From: the human T2T-CHM13v2.0 reference genome, Homo sapiens | DNA length: 64,000 nt | Assembly: GCF_009914755.1 (NCBI RefSeq) | Contig: NC_060926.1 | Strand: one strand, 5' to 3' | In this document: in pieces, positions 55,157-64,000 of the stretch | How the letters are laid out: each line of letters starts with the position of its first letter | Numbering within the stretch: the stretch's first letter is position 1 | Made by a program: the position numbers and the translations under genes | Notes under the pieces: generated by a model | Seen by the model: only the letters and a program-made list of their open reading frames with translations | What the model was told of the DNA's origin: nothing | Databases searched by the model: none

Positions 55157-55873
55157 ATTGCAGAACAGGAAATGTACTCCCTGATCCTTCCTCTGGAAGC
55201 TTCATCTCAGAGGGGGATCCGGCTGTATGAGGTGTCAGTCGGCCCCCACTGGGAGGTGTCTCCCAGTTAGGCTTCTCGGGGGTCAGGGACCCACTTGAGG
55301 AGGCAGTCTGTCCATTCTCAGATCTCAAAGTCCATGCTTGGAGAACCACTACTCTCCTCAAAGCTGTCAGAAAAGGATGTTTAAGTCTGCAGAAGCTTCT
55401 GCTGCCTTTTGTTCCGCTATGCCCTGCCCCCAGAGATGGAGTCTACAGAGGCGGGCAGTGGTGGGCTCCACTCAGTTCGAGTCTACAGAGGTGGGCTGCG
55501 GTGGGCTCCACCTAGTTCGAGCTTCCCGCCACTTTGTTTACCTAGTCAAGCCTCAGCAATGGTGGATGCCCCTCCCCCAGACTCACTGCCACCTTGCAAT
55601 TCAATCTTGGACTGCTGTGCTAGCAGTGAGCAAGGCTCCATGGGCATGGGACCCTCCAAGTCATGCGTGGGATATAATCTCCTGGTGTGCTGTTTGCTAA
55701 GACCATTGGAAAAGCACAGTATTAGGGTGGGAGTGTCCCAATTTTCCAGGTACCATCTGTAACGGCTTCCCTTGGCTAGGAAAAGGAATTCCCCAACCCC
55801 TTGCACTTCCTGGGTGAAGCAATGCCCCTCCCTGCTTCCGCTCACGCTCCATGAGCTGCACCCACTGTCCAAC
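55157..55873 (-). mobile_element. Isolated L1PA 5'UTR fragment, inverted relative to the host L1
   Basis: Antisense L1PA 5'UTR (tgatccttcctctggaagctt ... ctgcacccactgtccaac); no poly-A and no TSD seen. Confidence 0.88.
55559..55762 (+). other. L1 ORF0 homolog, open, 67 aa
   Basis: MVDAPPPDSLPPCNSILDCCASSEQGSMGMGPS...RVGVSQFSRYHL is colinear with L1 ORF0 (MAGAPPPASLPPCSLISDCCASNQRDSVGVGPS...RVGVTRFSR); Kozak gcaATGg; expression unknown. Confidence 0.75.
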
Positions 55874-58800
55874 AAGAAGGAAAGTCTTTTCAACAAATGA
55901 TATTGGGAAAACTGGATATCCACATGCAAAATAAATAAATAAAGGTAGTCCCCTACCTAACATTATATGTAAAAATTAACTCAAAGAGATAACAAACCTA
56001 AATATAAGACCTAAAACTGTAAAGCATTTAGAAGAAAATACAGAACAAAGACTTCATGACATTGGATTTGACAATAGCTTCTTAGATATGACACCAAAGG
56101 CACAGGCAACAAAAGAAAAAATAGACAAACAGGATTTCATGAAAAAATATTTTAAGCTGTGCATCAAAGATAATATTAATAGAGTAAAAAGGCAACCCAC
56201 AGAATGAGAGAAAAACATATGCAAATACTGCATCTGTTAAGGGATTAACATCTAGAATATACAGAAAACTCCTAACACTCAATGATAAAAAACAGCCCAA
56301 TTCAAAAATACACTTGAATAGACATTTCTCCAAAGAAAATGTACAAATAGACAATAAACATATGAAAGTGTTCAAAATTTCTAATCATTATGGAAATGCA
56401 AATCAAAACTACAATTAGATACCACCTCACAGCCATTAGAATGGCTACTATAAAAAAAAAAACCCAGAAAGTAACAAGGGTTGGTAAGAATGTGGAGAAA
56501 TTAGAACACTTGTACACTACTGCTAACAATGTAAAATGGTATAACAGCTGTGGAAAACAGTATGATAGTTCCTTAAAAAATTAAAAATAGAATTACTATA
56601 CAATCTAACAATTCTACTTCTGAGTCTACACCCAAAAGAATTAAAAGCAGAGTCTCAAAGTGATATTTCTATTACCATGTTCATAGTAGCATTATTCACA
56701 ATAACTAAAATGTGGAAACAAACCAAGTCCATTGAAGGATGAATGGATAAGCAAAATATGGTCTATACATACAGTGGGATATTACTTGGCCTTAAAAAGA
56801 AAGGGAATTCTGGCATATGCTACAATATGGATGAACCATGTGGACATTATGCTAAGTGAAATAATCTAGTAACAAAAAACAAATACTGTATAATTCCACT
56901 TATAAGAGATATTTAAAAGTAGTCAAAATCATAGAGATAGAAAGCAGAATGGTGGTTGCCATGGCAAAGAGAAGAATTGAAGGTGAGTTATTGTTTAATG
57001 GGTTTAAAGTTTCAGTTTTACAAGACAGAAAGGGTTATGGAGATGAATGGTAGTGATGGTTGCAGATCATGAATGTACACTCAACACCACTGAACTGTAC
57101 ACTTAAAATGGTCATTACATTAAATTTTGTTAAGTGTTTTTACCACAATTTTTAAAAATTGGATTAAAAAAAAACTGAAGTGATTGAAGCACTGAGAATT
57201 AATTAATTTTGGTTGTCCTCTCCATGAATATGCCCCTCCAACTCCCACTGAATACAATCTATGCCCAACCAATCTTAGTTATCTCAGCTCTCCCGTGTAT
57301 CCCCACATTCCAGGCACTCTGTTTATTATTTCCAAACGTAAGCCAGTTTTCTTCCACTGTCTTTGTACCAGCTGGCCTCTCCTATATAAATGGTGAACAT
57401 TGTTCAAAGACTTTCTCAAGTTCTTCCTCCCTAAAGTCTTTCCTGATGATATTTTTCCCTTTTCACTTTTTTCACTTCTTTTCTCTCAAATACCACTTTT
57501 TATCATTATAATATTATTTGTAATTACCCTCTCTCCTCCCTCCACCTCTACATGCCTAAAGGGCCACATTCAAGTACATTCTTTAAAGAGCTCACAAAGC
57601 ACTTGGCCGTTAATAAGACCTTGTATTACATAAATACCATTTGCAACTTTAATCTGGAGAGTTATTGGAAGATAACTATGGGGAAATCACAAGGAGAACA
57701 ATAAAACTACTGTGGTGGTTGGCAACTATAATGTTTCTTCCCCCTAACAACTACTTCTCAGTGTCCTGTTCTCAGTAGGGATGACAAAACCTCACTTCCA
57801 CACCAGGGAAGAGCTGGGCTAGTGGCTGGAGTGAAGTGTTAAGGTGCAGTGCAGCCATTTACAAGGCAAGGATGCACATGAACTTCTGGAGTCTTGCCAT
57901 GAACCTTTTATTCAGTGCGTGTGTGTAGGGTGTGTATAGGATCTGTGTGTGTGTGTGTGTTTGTTTCTTTTCTGCAAATGCAATCTACATTACTTTTTCC
58001 AATGTCATTATGCTTGGCCTAAAACTAAAAGGAACATTTCAATTGATAGCTGGACCTATAGGAAATTGCATAGGTGATGAGATTCTGTACATTATGAGAA
58101 GTCTATAGTACCTTGCACAAAAGGTTAGCAAAGTGTGTGTTTAAGGTACTTTGGTAGAGGTGGATGTTGTCATTTCTGAGGTTCTAGGTCTCCCTTTGCA
58201 AACTAGAATAAAAGTGAGACAATTTAAATAAATACTAGATTCTATCACCTAGGAATTTATTTACTTTATGAGCATCTGGAAATTACTTTCTTAAAGTCAG
58301 TAGTATATCAATAGATGCATTACAGGAAATCATAAAACCCTTGATTACATAAGATATACATACTTAAATGCAAAAGCTGATAAACACACTAATCCTGAGG
58401 GAGCTAGAACTATTGTATCCTCAGCAACAGCATATGAGGTAGCACATATTAGGTGCTCAATGAGCAGTGAATGAACGAATTAGTGATTAAATGGATGCCA
58501 GGGCTTTGCCTGATGTGTCTGACTTGTATCTTCTCAACGTGGGAACTTTTCAGGACATTGTTTTTATGATATTGTAAAGTTTCAAGAAAAAACAGTTATC
58601 TCAACATGTTCCTCATATGCACTACTCATGGGAGAAAACAATTTCATTCATTGTACTTGTCTTAAAGTCAGCATTTCACTCTCCAAAATTAGGGCAAAAG
58701 TAGTTACAGCTAAGATCAAATTCTGCCCTAGATAATAATCAAATCCCCAAATGAAGGACACTTTGGAGAAGAAAAAGATGGATATCTCAAAAAAATGAGA

Positions 58801-59832
58801 CTGCCTTTATGATAAATGCCATAACCAAGTAAAATTGCTTTCTTCCTGTCAATAATGACCCTAGCATCCCTGATGTGTAACTTACATTTAACTGGCAACA
58901 TTCTGGGCTACTCATATTAACTGCAACAGGCTGAACAGCTTGAACTTCAATAAAATGTGCATTAAGTGACTGAGTTAATTTAACCTCATTAATCCTCAAC
59001 CCACTAGCACCATCTGAAGCCTTCCAAGCAGCCTGTGCTTCATCTGCAACAAACATGTCCCTGTAAGAAATCAACACCCAAAATGTGCTGAAGCTCTAGC
59101 TCCCAAGTTGTCACTGAGGGGTAAATGGCTGCATAATTGCCAGGACCAGGCTCCAATTGCATTATATGATTCACTCAACCTTATTATTCTTGTTAACAGC
59201 AAGATGAGTTCCCGAAAAATAAATTTCTCTCTGAAGTTTTTTTTGGAACTGCTTCTCTCTTGACTAAACATGCTCTAATTCATCAAAGAGCAGATTCTTA
59301 TTCAAGATACTTTTTTGCCTTATAAGCGAAGAAACATATATATGGCAAACAAAAGACTGTGCTACATTAAAAGAAAAATTTAACCCATCTGCCTCCTATA
59401 TCTTCCCCTGTGTGGGACTCTAGAAGTGGTAATAGCAGTTAATTTTCAGGACTTTACTTGTAAAGAGCCAAAGTTTCAAAGTACCATAAGCCATCAACAT
59501 AATTTCAATATTTAGTCAAATATTTGCAGTGGTGTGTGTGACATTTTAATTTTTTGTAATAGTGTGGGACTTCTATGAAACTCATCTTGATCAACTTAAG
59601 AACGAGTCTAAATAAAGGCACGTGATATGTACCACCTTGAAATTTTATATTTAATGACATTGAGAACACCTTTTGGAGCCACACCAGACCAATCTGGTTC
59701 AACGTTTATGTAACAGAGTTGTGAGTTGCTTTTCAGTCAGTATGTACCCTTAGGTCACATAACCTGAGCATGCCCAGATGAACCAAGCGTGCAACCACTG
59801 AAGGAACCTAAGTGCTCAGAGAAGAAGGGACT

Positions 59833-60116
<284 letters not shown>

Positions 60117-60291
60117 GCAAGGAAGGAAGGAAGGAAGGAAGGAAGGAAGGAAGGAGGGAGGGAGGGAGGGAGGGAGGGAGGGAACGGAGGGAGGGAGGGA
60201 AGGGAGGGAGGGAGGGAGGGAGGAAGGGAGGGGAAGGCAGGAAAGAAAAGAAAAAGAGAGAAAAAGAAAGAAGGAAGGAAAAGGAAAAAGA
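60117..60291. repeat. (GGAA)8-(GGGA)n-GA-rich polypurine tract
   Basis: Read directly; only a few pyrimidines over ~175 bp. Confidence 0.95.
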
Positions 60292-60326
60292 TGAATGAAC
60301 TGAATTAAGAAGCAGATACTGGGCCA

Positions 60327-60694
<368 letters not shown>

Positions 60695-63600
60695 TCAGAT
60701 CAAGCCCTGGTGTCACCTCATGGCAAGATCCAATCAGATCATGCCTCCTGACATTATCTCATTGCAAGATCCAATCAGATCACACCTCATTACCCTATGC
60801 ATATAAAACCTGACTCAACCCCCACCTCAGGGAGACACAGCTTTGGGAACTTTCCCCAGGGTTCTCCCTACTTGTTATAAGTAACAAAATCCCCTTGCTA
60901 AATACTCCTTGTTGTGGTCACCGTGTCGATATTCACCAAGCAAACTCACCAATTGTATGGGTAACACTTTGATTTTGGAGAGTCCTTGGTTCATCTTCTG
61001 TTTCCATTACTTTGTAGCCAAGAAAATAAGTAGTATTATATCTGAATGGGCCTTCATTCCTTGTAAAGAGACAGTGAATTCCAAACTCACTGGACATTGG
61101 ATGTGAACTGACAACACAGTTTAGTCTAGTTTTGTGAGTATCACACAATTTAGGGGTAGATAATATAACTGTTCACTCTTCAGCTAGTGGGAATATACTG
61201 CCTACTATTAAGTTTTTGTAATGATCAAATCAGATAATTTATTCAAAGAACTTTATACCATACCATCTACACAAATATAGCCATTTTTTTCCTTTATAGT
61301 CAAAAATTGGTGGGAATAAAATCTGTAGCAAAAAGTGGGTAAAGCAAAATCCAAAGTAGATCCTACTCTTCACCAGCATTCCACAATACTTCTTAAAAGC
61401 TCCTGAGTTTTAAAAAATAATTTCATAACTTTATCACCAAGAAACATAATATAGCAAAAACTATATATGTAAAAACATCTTTATTTTGAAAAGGAACTAT
61501 CTTTCCATAATTAGCCAATTGATTTAAAATATTATAAGCAAAAATCGGCCTGATGCATGCTATTTAAAAAATTATTAAAAATAGAATGTAAACCCTTAAG
61601 CCACTGGGTGATCAAATATCTCTCAAGCCAAATCTCAAATGTTTCACTTGGTAAAAAAGTGTTTTCGTAAGTCAAATAATTTTATTAAATTTTCTCATTA
61701 CATAAGTTACAGAAATTTATTAGTTCCTTATCTTTTGACTGTTATATTTAGACAAGAATAAAAGCAAAAAAAATTATATTGTTATTCTAACACCTTTGTT
61801 AAGGCAGCAGTGTCCATAGCATATTTGTTTTTTATCTGGATGTTTTTATCAATTAACAGGTGATTTTAACAAGTTAATATATCGCTCTTTCTCAATTTTC
61901 ATCAGTTACAGGGAATTAAATGGTCACAAAGTTTTGTAGTGTTAGGACCCTATAAAGTGAGAAGGTGACTCCAACTTTGGAGAAAGCAGTATAGAAAAGA
62001 AATATTCCTAAGAGAGAAAAACACATTTTTGTAGCTCTATTGAAATACAAACTAAAACACCTTCTTGTTTGGCTAGTTCCAGTATTTTTCTTACCAGTTA
62101 AACTCTCTACTGGCAAGCAATTTAAAGTTATTTCATTTAGAACTGCCAGTTCCAGAAATATGATAGTTCAAGTAAAACACACTTTTTAAAAATATGTCAT
62201 GCCAGCACTGTTCTGCTATATTCATGAAGACAGATTTTAAATTACTATTTAACTGAGTACAATTTTATCCCAAGAAACAATTTATGAAAATAACATAAAT
62301 CAGATATGATAAAATCAGTAATAAATATTGAGAATGAAGGATTTTAGAAAAGATAAGCTATCTTTAGAGGAGACAAAACAATTTACATTTTCAAACTACA
62401 GTGTAAAACATCCTTTAAATCATACCCAAGATGTTGAAAAATATAAATATATGCACATTCCTGGTATTACAGCCAAAATATATCTCTTGATAGCTGCTCA
62501 CCTTTACATATATGTATGCATGTTTTAATAAAAGCCAGTTTGCGTTTTTTAAAAGTCTTTTTTGCAATATAAAGTAAAAAAAAATTTGCAACCTATTCTT
62601 GGAAGTATCCTAAATGCTACAGATCTGCTATTTTCAATTTCTGACTTTTGCAATTTAGGGAAAATAAATTACCCTTTCTGGATAATACTTTTAAAATTAC
62701 ACTAAGTCATGGTAATTCCCTGATGAAATAGAAAAGGAAAAATGGTCAGCCAACAACATTTCAAAATACCTCATCAACATCTTTAATATTTTCCTCACAT
62801 ATGTGTTATTGCTCTAATGTCCTTTCATCCAGACTTAGTGCCATTCTTAAATGAATATATATTCCTCATCATGTTGTGGCATTCCAAACATCTGCTAGAG
62901 GCTCACTTCAAAAATTGGTACACAGCACTTTCAAGGCTTGTTACAGAACAACTTCTCTGGAGCTTATTTTTAATAAAATAAAAATAATTTTTCTAATCTC
63001 TTGGACATCATGGCCACCATAAATGTATCAACTAGTAATATGACAGTACAGTATTAAAAGTGATAGATCCTAGTAAAGTTTTATGTCCATAATTTCATAT
63101 TTCTTACCAAGAAAGTATTCAAAATAAGTATAAGAACAAAGCATATTTGTAAGACAAAATTGAATTATGTCATATTTATTATTACATGGATAGGTTAGGC
63201 AAGGAAAAGAGATCCATTTCATTTATTTCAACTAAAGGGTATTTGTTGTAATGATACAGAGACTGGACCAGAATCAGCTTCAAAGGCTAACATGTCAGCC
63301 AAATCAGCTTTCTTAATATCTCTGTTCTCTCTTCTTATCTACACCATTCATCTTTGCTATGTAGTTTCCTCTGTTTATCCAGTTTTTTGCTCCTTCATAG
63401 CTTCAGTTTGTACGTGACTTCAGTGTACCAACTACTTAACAGTATCCTTTGTGCTGCTATGCCTAATGCTAACAGATTCTGGGTTTTCCAGTTCAAATTC
63501 CTAAGAATTAGATTCTGACTGACCTACTTCACCTGTTTACTGCATAACAAGTCACAGGATGCTATTAAGCATTTTATTGGCTGCACTTTTCTTACCATCA

Positions 63601-64000
63601 ATTTTCATTCCCAGTCCCTTGAACTGTGGCTGGGAGATAAAATATTGAGTACAAAAATAGCCACAATGGTAGAAGGACTGAGTGAAATATATTACCTAGA
63701 AAAGTTGTGTAAGTATTAACTGAAAACTTTATTTTGCCATATATAAAGACATTTACTTTGATTATTTTAACAAGGCATGCTACAACAAACTTTGCCTAGG
63801 AATCAAGTCAACCAGATTTCTGCAATACCAACATAAATCTTACAAAACTGGCTGGAACATCCACTTTGATTTTAGATATGTGAGAAATAAGCTAACTTAC
63901 TATAGCTTTCCCAAATTTATCATTTGAGAAAAAAGAGAGACGATTCCTCCAGTGATTCTTGCATAGTATTTTTATCTGGATTAAATTTATAGTGCTGTCT

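Larger units (their letters stand above)
53120..57175 (+). mobile_element. L1MB-type element, interrupted and internally deleted
   Basis: ORF1/ORF2-like A-rich sequence; L1MB-type 3'UTR (gaatggtggttgcc...gtacacttaaaatgg). Confidence 0.8.

Overview
Primate, very probably human, non-coding genomic DNA: AT-rich, heavily filled with transposable elements, and containing an SVA with SVA_F-type diagnostics, a human-specific subfamily. No intact protein-coding gene, RNA gene or CRISPR array is supported; almost all long ORFs in the track come from Alu, L1, SVA or MaLR. Annotated elements include about 14 Alus, several L1s (L1PA8-like, older L1PA/PB, L1M), a full-length SVA, a complete THE1 MaLR provirus, solo LTRs (MER21, MER9, MLT1, MLT2, THE1 and others), DNA transposons (Tigger2a, Charlie1a, MER82) and an RPL29 processed pseudogene. 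The main hunt result is a chain of about 11 minus-strand AG...GT-bounded exon-like segments in the unique islands between ~41 and 63 kb. Their translations, interrupted by stops and frameshifts, repeatedly resemble RGS-domain motifs (e.g. FLKSVFYLNY, VEEFKK). This suggests a decayed multi-exon, tandem-RGS-domain gene (a candidate unitary pseudogene). Other oddities are an inverted L1 5'UTR fragment carrying an open ORF0 homolog that replaces ~1.9 kb of an older L1, and templated or fold-back insertions in an L1. Subfamily names come from recalled consensus sequences, not from a RepeatMasker run.
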